Part shown: positions 1 to 10,837 of the stretch, in pieces
Layout: every line of letters begins with the position of its first letter
How positions within the stretch are numbered: the first letter of the stretch is position 1
Assembly (NCBI GenBank): GCA_002269645.1
Contig: NIVC01000087.1
Span: 682,001-746,000 of the forward strand
Length of the DNA: 64,000 bases
Source of the DNA: Macrostomum lignano
Lineage: Eukaryota
Direction: 5' to 3'
Program-made: the position numbers and the translations under genes
The notes under the pieces: generated by a model
The model's database searches: none
The model's input: only the letters and a program-made list of their open reading frames with translations
Told to the model about the DNA's origin: nothing

Positions 1-36
1 GGGATTCCGTCGGGATTCGAGATTCGGGAGTTCTAC

Positions 37-362
37 CTCAAGAATGCGGTCCCCGGTGCGCAGGACGCCTTCTCGCCGGCTGGCGCTGGCCTCGGACACG
101 TGCTTGATGAAGATGCCGCTGACCGAGTGCTGCAGGCCGTGGCCGGCCACACGGCCTCCGACAATGCTGATGCCGAGGCTTTGACCCGCGTCCCGTCGGA
201 TGCGGACAATCCGCGGCGCGCCCCAGCTGCTTGCGTTGCAGCTGGCCGGCGAGCCGTCCTGCGCCAGCGAAGTCACCCGGCCGCCTGGCGACCGCGGCGG
301 CGTGGTCTCCATGGCAACGCCAAAGCCGACCGGTGGATTGTCAGCCAAATTGCGAGCTGCAG
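37..362 (-). CDS. MPDZ: MPDZ/PATJ-like exon encoding most of the PDZ domain equivalent to vertebrate MPDZ PDZ7
   Basis: Translates ..WGAPRIVRIRRDAGQSLGISIVGGRVAGHGLQHSVSGIFIKHVSEASASRREGVLRTGDRILE. Acceptor tcctacag at 363-370, donor GAG|gtag at 36. Phase 1 start matches the 1510-1610 exon. Confidence 0.9.
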
Positions 363-569
363 CTGTAGGATTGAGCAATGACAGATGGGTAGCTCAGCCG
401 TTTGTGTATGTATAATCCATAGAATATATAATAGCTCAGCAACATTGACAACCGCCACCCAGACCCAGCGCACCTGAGCCAGAGCTGGAAAACCTTGCGT
501 CACTGCAGTGCAGTGAGTTGAAGTCAATAGCTCTGCCATCTCTCAGGCTGGTGAACTTCATCAATGTTG

Positions 570-690
570 CTCAGTGCACTCATGCACACATGCTCACACA
601 GGGTGTACAGCGGGCCTGACTTTCTAACCGTCAGGCATGTACACTCTCTGTGCCTTGGGGGGTTGGCCCTCAACGACAACCCCCCTCCCC
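570..690 (-). mobile_element. Family B SINE-like fragment
   Basis: Its reverse complement aligns by eye with 7415-7500 (ccaacccc-aaggcacagaga, tgtacatg, gaaagtc, ctgtacaccctgtgtgagc). Confidence 0.55.
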
Positions 691-1109
691 AAAGGCCAAT
701 TTTTGTGCACACAAGCCCCAAAAAATGAATGAATGAGCATTCTCATAATTTACATTATATTGTTGATGGTTCCACAGTCCTCTGTTATTTTCATTAATCT
801 TTCAATTTTTAATTTGCCCGTTTTCATATGTAGTTTTAATTGGCATCAATGTGCATTTTTGCCATGTTAATATAGATTACAAAGTCAGTAGCAGTTGTCT
901 GTCGACATCAAATAAGTGTACAGCTTTGGAATTTAATTTAGACATTTAGACCCGAAAAACTACTATTAGTGATTCGAATTGGCCCGCTAAAAACAGTACA
1001 TATTGTTTAATTGAGCAGAATTTTTTCGAACTTGGAACTTGGCCATCTTTGGTCTATGTTTCACCTTCAACTCTGTGACGCCAACGTCAACTTTATTATA
1101 TCAAATTTT

Positions 1110-1348
1110 ATTATATGACGTCATCATATTATATGACGTCATCATATTATATGACGTCATCATATTATATGACGTCATCATATTATATGACGTCATCATA
1201 TTATATGACGTCATCATATTATATGACGTCATCATATTATATGACGTCATCATATTATATGACGTCATCCTTTTATATGACGTCATCATATTATATGACG
1301 TCATCATATTATATGACGTCATCCTTTTATATGACGTCATCCTTTTAT
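1110..1348. repeat. 18-bp minisatellite, 13 copies, each with the palindrome TGACGTCA
   Basis: Unit TTATATGACGTCATCATA. TGACGTCA occurs at 1116 and every 18 bp to 1332, with an extra copy at 1398. Confidence 0.97.
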
Positions 1349-1509
1349 ATGCGGACAATCATATAGCCATCAAAAGATGATATCATATAAAATTATATGA
1401 CGTCATCTTTGATTATTTGAAGTTACCTACAAGTAATCATAAAGACGTTATACTTTTTATAGATACGTCTCATTAATACAACCAGCCCGCACACAGTTGG
1501 AGAACTCAC

Positions 1510-1610
1510 TCTCAGCCAGTGCAGTGTCGACTGGCTGACGCACCGAGCGCCTGGTGGTGGATTCTCCTCCGTTGACCAGCTGCTGCTGCTGGCCCTCATC
1601 CACTGACGAG
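1510..1610 (-). CDS. MPDZ: MPDZ-like linker exon (101 nt)
   Basis: ttttgaacag acceptor, gtgagt donor, open frame SSVDEGQQQQLVNGGESTTRRSVRQPVDTALAE. Phase 2 to 1 fits both neighbouring exons. Confidence 0.8.
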
Positions 1611-2329
1611 CTGTTCAAAATAGTTTGTTTAACGGGCAGGAAATGAAATTTTGAACTGGTTTGTGGAGAAGCACAGGCGAATTTTAATCAGACTTAAGAA
1701 TATTCCGTTAATAGAAATTGCTCACTCCCTTTTTGCTTTTAGCTAAGACTCTTGACGTTGGACTTCAAAGAATCTGAGACGGACACAAAGAAGTCTAAAG
1801 AGCGACCCTTTATCATTAAGCCATTGCCTAAATGGTTGTAAAGGCGAAAGCTACTTTAATATTGCATGGGTTCACTGCAGAGGCCAGGAAGTCTTAGACA
1901 CCAGAGCTATGAACTTTTCCAAATCTATGAAACACGTTTGAAAACAATAGGATTTAAACAGAGTCATTATTCAAATCTTTAGTGCTATTCTCATCTACAA
2001 CCAGCACAAAGATGAACTGCTACTCAATCAAGGATATCGAATCCTTTGATCCGGCCGTCGCTGGATAAAAAGTGTTGCATTTTCATCGTCAAGATGCTGG
2101 AAAGAAAACAGCTCTAGTTGATAATCCGAAAACACAAGTCTCAGTAGAAAAAAACAGCTACTTTATAATATGAAAGCCCCTCTTTGAAACTGATATTGTT
2201 GCAAAACTATCTTTTTTCAGCTCGATTGAGTCTGCTAGAATCGAAGTGAAGTCAGTTTAAAAAAGGGAAGTTTGGTTCTGTGGACCCTTACACTGGTACG
2301 CTTGCTCTCCATCACTGGGAAGGTATACA

Positions 2330-2937
2330 AGCTCCTTGTCACTTGGAACATACACAGGTTCCCTGTCACTTGGAACATACACAGGTTCCCTGTCACTTCG
2401 AACGTACACAAGTTCCCTTAAAAAATGAGCCTTCCTGTTCCCTAGAGAACACAGCCTCCCTGTTACTTAAAGTACACAGCCTACCTGTTCCCTAAAGTAC
2501 ACAGCCTCCCTGTTCCCTAAAGTACACAGCCTCCCTGTTCACTAAAGTACACAGCCTACCTGTTCACTAAAGTACACAGCCTACCTGTTCCCTAAAGTAC
2601 ACAGCCTACCTGTTCCCTAAAGTACACAGCCTCCCTGTTCACTAAAGTACACAGCCTACCTGTTCCCTAAAGTACACAGCCTCCCTGTTCACTAAAGTAC
2701 ACAGCCTACCTGTTCACTAAAGTACACAGCCTACCTGTTCCCTAAAGTACACAGCCTCCCTGTTCACTAAAGTACACAGCCTACCTGTTTCCTAAAGTAC
2801 ACAGCCTACCTGCTCCTTATAGTACACAGCCTACCTATTCCCTAAAGTACACACCCTACCTGTTCCTTGTAGTACATAGCCTACCTGTTCCCTAAAGTAC
2901 ACAGCCTCCTGTTCCTTAGAGTACACAGCCTCCCTGT
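2330..2937. repeat. 25-bp minisatellite (about 19 copies) preceded by three 27-bp related units
   Basis: Unit TAAAGTACACAGCCT(A/C)CCTGTTC(C/A)C, period 25. Confidence 0.95.
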
Positions 2938-2966
2938 CTCTCAGGTAACAAGCTCAGATGTCGCAC

Positions 2967-3106
2967 CTGCACATATCGGCAGTGCCATTGCCAGCGACTC
3001 CACTCGCACGTTCTCTCTCTCTGACACCGTTGCCAACATTGTTGACCGTGAAGTCGACTTCGTCGTCGTACTCGAAGTAGCGGTCTGCATCGGCGTCTTG
3101 AATTTC
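2967..3106 (-). CDS. MPDZ: MPDZ-like acidic linker exon (140 nt)
   Basis: ctcaag acceptor, CAG|gtgcga donor, EIQDADADRYFEYDDEVDFTVNNVGNG..ADMC. Phase 0 to 2 fits neighbours. Confidence 0.8.
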
Positions 3107-3262
3107 CTTGAGTTTATGAATTCGAAATGCGTTTGTATCAAAATATTTAACAAACTGATACTTTCTGTCAATGTTCTATTGATTCTACCAATAGTAGTGA
3201 CAATTGGAAAATTACGTTAGAAAAATCTCTTTTCCAGAATATCCCTAAGACTCCGGCCTCAC

Positions 3263-4123
3263 CATGTGGTTAAACAGAGCGTCAGTGTCCGAGCCGCAGT
3301 CCCGGACGCCTTCCAGCTCAATCAGCATGTCGCCAGACGATGACGACACGATGCTCGCCAGCGACGCCGTGCTGGAGGAACCCGCCAGGCTGGCCGCGGC
3401 AGCCGCCGTCGCCGACAGCAGAAGCAGCTGCTTGGCACCGGCGATGGCGTCGCCGACAAGGCCGCGACTGATTCGCTGCAGCTCGTCCTCCGCATCCTCC
3501 TTGGCGTACGCTGAGGACCCCGGCGACGGGGAGCGGGTGCAATCCAGTGATTGGGTTGCGTCCGATCTGTCAGCCGCCGCCGCCGCCGCTGCTGCTGTCG
3601 TCTCAGCCTCGGCCTGGGCCTGCTCAGCGACCAGCTGGGAGATGACGCTGGCCATAGTCAGCTGCACAATTTCCGCGCTGATCCGGTTCAGAGCGGCCTC
3701 TTCGTCTGATTGCTCATCTGCCGCTGCTTCCGCTGCAGCTCCTCCATTGCTAGGCGTCGCTGGAGTGGTGGAGCGGGACGCCGAGCCGCTGTCCTGCCGG
3801 TAAACCGCATCCGAGCTCTCCGACGCCGTTGTTGTGTCTCCGCCTGCGTAGCGCAGAGTCTGCGGTGGTTGCGGCTGCGGCGGCGGCAGCATCGGCGCGC
3901 CAGACTGCGGCGCCAGCAGGTCGAACGCGCTGCCGAGCTCCTCGCGCAGAGCGGCGGCTCGCAATTGGACCTCCTCATCCGCCGTCGGGAGGTCCTCATC
4001 GATGCTGTCAAGCCGGGACCCGCTGGGCACCGGGGAGCTGGGCGTCGGGGACATCGCCAGGGCGGCTGAGGATAGCGGCACCGGGATGTACTGGCCCGCC
4101 AGCTGCGGCGTGGACAGGTTCGA
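3263..4123 (-). CDS. MPDZ: MPDZ-like 287-aa low-complexity (Ala/Ser/Glu-rich) linker exon
   Basis: Inside ORF 3245..4225(-). Polypyrimidine tract plus cccccag acceptor at 4124, ATG|gtgagg donor at 3262. Phase 0 to 0. Confidence 0.85.
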
Positions 4124-4204
4124 CTGGGGGCAAGAGGAGGAGGGCAGTTGAGCCAGGTTGAGTACTTCCGACATGTTTGTCGTTGGGGACCAAAGTAAGT
4201 ACGC

Positions 4205-4365
4205 AGTAGACAAGCTTCCGAACAACCCTCAAGACACGTCAAGACAAGCTTCAGGACAACCCTCTAGACATGTCAAAACAAGCTTCAGGACAACCATCAA
4301 GACACGACAAGGCAAGCTTCATGACAAACCTCAAGACACGTTAGAACAAGCTTCAGGACAACCCT
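4205..4365. repeat. Degenerate ~33-bp tandem repeat (about 5 copies)
   Basis: Recurring GACAAGCTTCAGGACAACCCTC(A/T)AGACAC, filling part of the 4124-4507 intron. Confidence 0.8.
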
Positions 4366-4507
4366 CTTGGAGGGCACCCACCAAGACACCAGATATTTTG
4401 CTCCCCTCAGGGTTTGGGGCCGCCCCAATAAAAAATCAACACACAAGTCACGCTACCCAACAAAAAGCGGCACCCAAAAAGCCCAGAGCGAGCCAGCCTT
4501 GTCGCAC

Positions 4508-5173
4508 CTTTTTCCTCGTCATTCTGTCCTGCCTGGCCGCGGCGGCCTCGGCAGCCTTGGCCGCCCGCCGTTCCGCCTGCGCCAGCGGGCACGGCTTGGC
4601 CACGCCGAGGACGATCCGGCCGCGAGGCGCCGCCTTCAGGCAGTGGACGGTCTCCTCCAGGCTCGCCCGCTCCAAGTTGGTCTCGTTAACGAACAGCAGC
4701 CTGTCGCCGGGCAGCAGGCGGCCGTCCCGGTGGGCGGCTCCGCCAGGAACGAGACTGCGGATGATGATGACGGTCTGCTCGGCGCACAGTGGGTCCTGAT
4801 AATCCAGGACGCTGAAGCCCAGGCCTGCCGGCGTCTTGTCCAGCTCAACAACTGTCGGCCGGTTCGACCAGACGCCCGTGTTGGAGAAATCGCCAATCGA
4901 GCGGCTCTTCTGACCCTGGCCGGAGCCGGTAGTTCCGGCTGATGCCACCGGAGCTGGCTTCGCCTGAAGCAGCATCTCCACGTCTTCTGCCACCGCCTGG
5001 CAGCCGTTGGTGTCGATTTCTGTGTCGGCTGGTTCCGCTCCCGGCGCAGCTTCCGGTTGCAGCGATTCCTGTTCGAGTCGCCTGGCGCAGACGATGCGCA
5101 CGTGACGGGGTAGGGACTTTAAAATGTCGACCACCTCCAGGTGGTTTAAGCCATAGAGTCTCTTGCCGTTTAC
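4508..5173 (-). CDS. MPDZ: MPDZ-like exon: C-terminal half of PDZ4 plus complete PDZ5
   Basis: VNGKRLYGLNHLEVVDILKSLP...GLGFSVLDYQDPLCAEQTVIIIRSLVPGGAAHRDGRLLPGDRLLFVN...GVAKP closely matches MPDZ/PATJ PDZ5 (GLGFSILDYQDP). Acceptor cctgtccag, donor AAG|gtgcga. Confidence 0.95.
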
Positions 5174-6338
5174 CTGGACAGGGTTAAGCATGATTATAGA
5201 AAAAGATTAATAGAACTATTACAGATTTTCCTAGAAAGTCTGACTTAACCTCACAAACTAAGCCGGTGATAAAATAAAGGCAGTTCTGTTACGAGTAAAT
5301 ATCCCCCCCTCCTATTTGATACGTAGAGAATCCTGTCACGTTCTTGATCACATCGTTACAGATTCGCAGCACGGCATGTGCTTTGCCATTTTTTGTCTTC
5401 TTTTAAAGTCTCCCCTCGTTCCGCCAGTCCTCCTCTGCGTTGCTCCAGCTGCCCCCCCCTGCTTCAGCCGATTCCTCCCCCCAAGTTCCGCTTTTTTGCG
5501 TGCGAGGAAAACACGGGGGCCGGGGAGTTGCTATACTGCGGCGCTGAGGAGAATTAATTGGGTGGAGCGGCGGCTGGGGAGCCTGGCAGCGCTGGATGCC
5601 GGGACTCGGATGCTGGGGGGAGGGGGGGGAACAGAACGAACTCAGGCAAGTAAGGCGAGCCCAGACTCAAGCTCCAACTGAAACTCTCAACCAGAGTAAA
5701 GCTTGGGAGAGAGAGAGAGAGAGAAGGTGAAGTTTGAACAGAGCGTTTAGGATTCAGGGACTTCTTAGCATCTAGCATTCTGGATTAGAATGCTACTCAA
5801 CAACATTTACAAATGACAAGAAGAAATCGTTTTAATTTTTATAATCCATTGAAGGTGACGGGCCAGGAATCCTAGGATGTGGTATTTCAAGTTTATGAAA
5901 CCACCACCACTGAAACCAGTGCACCGCAAAGGCCTCTAAAAGTCTGTCTTTTTATGCAGTCCAGATGCTATATTGAGAAGTCCCTGGATACGAGTATTAG
6001 AGCGGAAAGGAGAGGAGAAGAGGGAAAAAGTTCAAGCAAGTGGAGCTGAACCAGTATAAAGCGACCTCTCGGGCCCTCAGACCCAGGCAGACCCGAGATC
6101 CCCAATGGTTAAGCCGCGTAACGAATTGCTGGCCGCTGCAAGTCAGCCGGCCTGCCATCGCTCAGCTGCTGCACAGGAGGGGAGCAGCGGAAATTTCATT
6201 TTGAAACTCCTCGTTGCTTCTCTCCCGGCTCAGCTGTTGGGCAAAGAACGAAATTTTATTAAATAGATTTTCTTCAACTATGCCGCGTTTCCGCTCTGTC
6301 TCTTCTTTATTAGTTTCTTTTTCTACTGCAGTTCGTAG

Positions 6339-7283
6339 CAGCGGTAGCTCAGCGGTAGCTCAGCGGTAGCTCAGCGGTAGCTCAGCGGTAGCTCAGCGGT
6401 AGCTCAGCGGTAGCTCAGCGGTAGCTCAGCGGTAGCTCAGCGGTAGCTCAGCGGTAGCTCAGCGGTAGCTCAGCGGTAGCTCAGCGGTAGCTCAGCGGTA
6501 GCTCAGCGGTAGCTCAGCGGTAGCTCAGCGGTAGCTCAGCGGTAGCTCAGCGGTAGCTCAGCGGTAGCTCAGCGGTAGCTCAGCGGTAGCTCAGCGGTAG
6601 CTCAGCGGTAGCTCAGCGGTAGCTCAGCGGTAGCTCAGCGGTAGCTCAGCGGTAGCTCAGCGGTAGCTCAGCGGTAGCTCAGCGGTAGCTCAGCGGTAGC
6701 TCAGCGGTAGCTCAGCGGTAGCTCAGCGGTAGCTCAGCGGTAGCTCAGCGGTAGCTCAGCGGTAGCTCAGCGGTAGCTCAGCGGTAGCTCAGCGGTAGCT
6801 CAGCGGTAGCTCAGCGGTAGCTCAGCGGTAGCTCAGCGGTAGCTCAGCGGTAGCTCAGCGGTAGCTCAGCGGTAGCTCAGCGGTAGCTCAGCGGTAGCTC
6901 AGCGGTAGCTCAGCGGTAGCTCAGCGGTAGCTCAGCGGTAGCTCAGCGGTAGCTCAGCGGTAGCTCAGCGGTAGCTCAGCGGTAGCTCAGCGGTAGCTCA
7001 GCGGTAGCTCAGCGGTAGCTCAGCGGTAGCTCAGCGGTAGCTCAGCGGTAGCTCAGCGGTAGCTCAGCGGTAGCTCAGCGGTAGCTCAGCGGTAGCTCAG
7101 CGGTAGCTCAGCGGTAGCTCAGCGGTAGCTCAGCGGTAGCTCAGCGGTAGCTCAGCGGTAGCTCAGCGGTAGCTCAGCGGTAGCTCAGCGGTAGCTCAGC
7201 GGTAGCTCAGCGGTAGCTCAGCGGTAGCTCAGCGGTAGCTCAGCGGTAGCTCAGCGGTAGCTCAGCGGTAGCTCAGCGGTAGC
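6339..7283. repeat. Apparently perfect 11-bp satellite (TAGCTCAGCGG)n, about 85 copies
   Basis: Uninterrupted GCGGTAGCTCA repeats. Confidence 0.98.
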
Positions 7284-7560
7284 GGTGACACGCCCGACAC
7301 GCCCGACACTAACTCTCATGTGAACTCACGGCTTCAAGTCCACGGGTTCGGCGGTCACAAAAATTTGGTGATAGTGCGTGAAACCTAGCAACAGGCTTGT
7401 CGTTCGCGGCCACATGAAGACCAACCCCCAAGGCACAGAGAATGTACATGACTGGCAAAGGGAAAGTCTGGGTGTCTGTACTGTACACCCTGTGTGAGCG
7501 CATGCTCAGAGGTCACCGGAATGGCATGCCCAGAGCTCCTGCCTCCTATATGCGAGCTAA
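7270..7560 (+). mobile_element. Second tRNA-derived SINE-like element (family B)
   Basis: A box TAGCTCAGCGG, then GACACGCCCGAC and a B-box-like GCTTCAAGTCC (7331-7341). The body CCAACCCCCAAGGCACAGAGA..TGTACATG..GAAAGTC..CTGTACACCCTGTGTGAGC recurs inverted at about 570-690. Confidence 0.6.
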
Positions 7561-7591
7561 CTTAATAGAATGCAACGACGCCACTGCTCAC

Positions 7592-7863
7592 CTCAAGGAG
7601 CTCGTCTCGCTCCTTCAGAGTGCCCTCGGCGGCAACTGGACCCTCAGGCAGAACAGACCGGATGTAGTGATGAGTCCGGCCGGCCTGCCCGCTGTCCACT
7701 GTGCCCTCGAGGCTGATGCCCAGTCCCGGCTGGCCCTTGAACTTTGCTAGCTGGGCGACCACAATCTGCAGGCTGCCGGCGGACTGCGGCGACTCGTCGG
7801 CTTGGATGACCGTCGACCAGCGCTCGCTGATGGACTGGATCACCTCCTGAGAGAGTGGGCCTT
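7592..7863 (-). CDS. MPDZ: MPDZ-like exon: N-terminal part of PDZ4
   Basis: GPLSQEVIQ..IVVAQLAKFKGQPGLGISLEGTVD..HHYIRSVLPEGPVAAEGTLKERDELLE. Donor GAG|gtgagc. The cacttttag acceptor (7864) gives the phase 1 start needed after the 12912-13043 exon. Confidence 0.9.
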
Positions 7864-7963
7864 CTAAAAGTGCGAATTTTTTTTGATGGGATTATTTTAT
7901 ACTAATAATCAGTTTTTTCTTGTTCGAACTTCAAATGTCTCATTTGGATCGACATTTCTTCTT

Positions 7964-8097
7964 CTCAGAGAATTCCCCTTCTCAGAGAATTTCCCTTCTC
8001 AGAGAATTCCCCTTTCAGAGAATACCCCTTCTTAGAGAATTCCCCTTTCAGAGAATACCCCTTCTTAGAGAATTTCCCTTCTCAGAGAATTTCCCCT
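7964..8097. repeat. ~17-bp minisatellite (CAGAGAATT/ACCCCTT)
   Basis: About 8 copies, followed by a CT-rich tract. Confidence 0.85.
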
Positions 8098-8829
8098 CTA
8101 TTCTCACTAATCTCCTCTCTCTTTTTCTCTACTCTCCCTGCTCCTCTCTTCTTCTTTTCTCTCCTCTCTCCTTTCCCCTTTCTCCTGACTTTTTGTCTCG
8201 CCTCGCCTGTCGCCCCTCACCTCACCCTTTTCCTATCTCTCTTCTCTCTTCTCTCTTCTCTATTATCTTTCTCTTTTGCCGAATCCTTGGTCTAATCCAA
8301 AAAAAGGGCGCAGTGAAGGGCGCAGCTTATACCTGATTTCTATTGCTTGGATTAAAAAACACATCAGGTATTGGTGTACAAACCCAAATACAGGGTCAAT
8401 ACAATGAAAACCCTGTGCAGAGAAAATGACTACACAAAATAGAAAGATTGGCAAATAGATTCGGATCTGTTAGAAGCATCAGTAACCCTTGAGTGCGGCA
8501 GTGGGAGATGGAAGGCCAACACGCTTGGATGGGCATAGGATAGCTGTGAGGTGCGACATTGGCAAATATTTTTTGTTAAATATTTAATGACAGGCAGCTT
8601 GGGAAGCATGTGAGAGCAGGAGAAAACGAGAGAATTAAGGGTTAGTGGATAAAATACTGGGTTTCTGGCAGACTTTGAGAGGGAAAAAGGACTGACTGAT
8701 GGACTGTATAATCCTGTCAGGACAAAGCTGAGACTGAAAGCTGTTGGTTTTCCCGTGCTGAAATTTTATATTGGCAGCACCCAAGTTGGAGCTTCAGTGC
8801 AATCCATCAGGCCACTGAGTCAGACTCAC

Positions 8830-8941
8830 TGAAATGCCGCTTGCAAAACGAGCTGTTCAATGTTAAGCTGGAGCCCGAGAATCTCTGGTAGAGCGAAGTC
8901 AGCGACCTGCGCAGACTGTCCGTTGATCTGTACCGGCGCAT
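8830..8941 (-). CDS. Candidate alternative first coding exon of a short MPDZ isoform (starting at PDZ4)
   Basis: ATG at 8941, MRRYRSTDSLRRSLTSLYQRFSGSSLTLNSSFCKRHF, A|gtgagt donor. Phase 1 joins the 7863 exon in frame. An acceptor (cccag) lies 4 nt upstream of the ATG. Confidence 0.5.
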
Positions 8942-8945
8942 TCCG

Positions 8946-9132
8946 CTGGGCATTTTGTCTGGGCACTCTGTGTCTAGGCCTTCTATCTAGGCACTCTCTC
9001 TAGGCACTCTGTGTCTGGGCACTCTGTCTAGACACTCTCTCTAGGCACTCTCTCTAGGGACTCTGTGTCTAGGCACTCTGTCTAGGCACTCTGTGTTTGG
9101 GCACTCTCTGTCTAGGCACTCTGTCTAGGCAA
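8946..9132. repeat. 13-15-bp minisatellite (CTAGGCACTCTGTGT)
   Basis: About 13 degenerate copies. Confidence 0.85.
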
Positions 9133-9754
9133 TCTGGTCGAGTTCTCTAGATGGCGCCGATTATATTCTGGACACTATATTTAGCTACTATGCCCTTTTT
9201 CTGGTCACTAAGCTTAGCTATCTATCATGACTAACTAGTGAAGCCAGGTCGATTTATACTCTGCTGCATGATGTGCAGTCTGAATTCAAAGAACTGGCCG
9301 CTAGCTTCTATAACGATCTAATCTACTCTTTGTTTACTCTGTCTTTTCAGCTTTAAATCTTCTCTATACACTTACACTCTACAAAACTTTCTGCTGTAAC
9401 AGCGGATTTGCCCCTCCCTAACCTAACTAGACCTGTGTTTTGACCTATAAGGCACAGAGCTAGAAGGTGAATAGTGGAGGGGGGGTCGCCACAAGATCTT
9501 GCCAGCCTGCATGGCATTACAAACTTGAACAAGCAGCAGCTACAGTAGGCAGACCAGCCTTCTTTTACTTCTGTAGACTGAGTAGTGACAGAACTATAGG
9601 TCAGATTCTATTCTTGACTACTGCTGGCTCTTCTGCGCACCTGAACACTTGATTTTCAGCACTCGACTTTAAAAATGTTTAAAGTGTATGGCTAAAGGAG
9701 TTAATACGAAATTCTGTAGGTAGCTGCTGCACTGCATCAAAAAATAGAGATGTC

Positions 9755-10350
9755 AAGTCTTGCTGGGGAATTGCTGAGATTTCAAGGCTTACTGGGGAAA
9801 TTGCTGAGACGTTGAGTCTTACTGAGGGAATTGCTGAGATTTCAAGTCTTACTGGGGAATTGCTGAGAAGTCAAGTCTTACTGGGGAATTGCTGAGAAGT
9901 CAAGTCTTACTGGGGAATTGCTGAGAAGTCAAGTCTTACTGGGGAATTGCTGAGAAGTCAAGTCTTACTGGGGAATTGCTGAGAAGTCAAGTCTTACTGA
10001 GGGAATTGCTGAGATTTCAAGTCTTACTGGGGAATTGCTGAGAAGTCAAGTCTTACTGGGGAATTGCTGAGAAGTCAAGTCTTACTGGGGAATTGCTGAG
10101 AAGTCAAGTCTTACTGGGGAATTGCTGAGAAGTCAAGTCTTACTGGGGAATTGCTGAGAAGTCAAGTCTTACTGGGGAATTGCTGAGAAGTCAAGTCTTA
10201 CTGGGGAATTGCTGAGAAGTCAAGTCTTACTGGGGAATTGCTGAGAAGTCAAGTCTTACTGAGGGAATTGCTGAGATTTCAAGTCTTACTGGGGAATTGC
10301 TGAGAAGTCAAGTCTTACTGGGGGAATTGCTGAGATGTCAAGGCTTACTG
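9755..10350. repeat. 29-bp minisatellite, about 20 copies
   Basis: Unit GTCAAGTCTTACTGGGGAATTGCTGAGAA. Confidence 0.95.
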
Positions 10351-10837
10351 GGGGGGAATTGTAGTAGTTAGCATAGTAGCGCTCCGATGATTTCAGAGTT
10401 TTTTGAACCATTCTACTTGATGCCCGCGTTCTGCACTTTTACCGTCTCGACTCGTGGCACTTGGCGCCGTAAATCCGATTCGCTTTTTTCAATGGCGTAT
10501 TCGAGCCCGATTCAGGCAGGCACCCCCCCCCCACATGCCTGAGAGCTCGCGCAGGACTCAATCAAGCCAACTCAATTGCGCCTGGGATCAGCGAGCGTGG
10601 CCTTGCGCCCTCCTCCTTGAGTCTCTCTGATCCCAGCGACGCATAGTGAGGCAATTCAAGGTACCTGCGTGAAGACTGATGCCGGAGTATTGCTCAAAGA
10701 TGCAGGGGAACGCACAGTTGAAAGAGCAGCGGGTGAGCAAAGGCGGAGAGGTGTGCTGAGATCTCAACTTTTTGGACAGCTTTGGAACAATTTTGAGTCC
10801 TGTAATGTCTTATCGTGTCCGAATGTCTTGTATTACC

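Noticed and set aside
470-540. Possible phase 1-1 cassette exon between MPDZ exons 1510-1610 and 37-362
   Set aside because: The acceptor is poor, and the flanking exons already join in frame.
6295-6331. Strong plus-strand polypyrimidine tract and CAG directly before the 11-mer array
   Set aside because: It is acceptor-like, but no upstream plus-strand exon is identifiable and the array has TAG in all frames. It may be chance.
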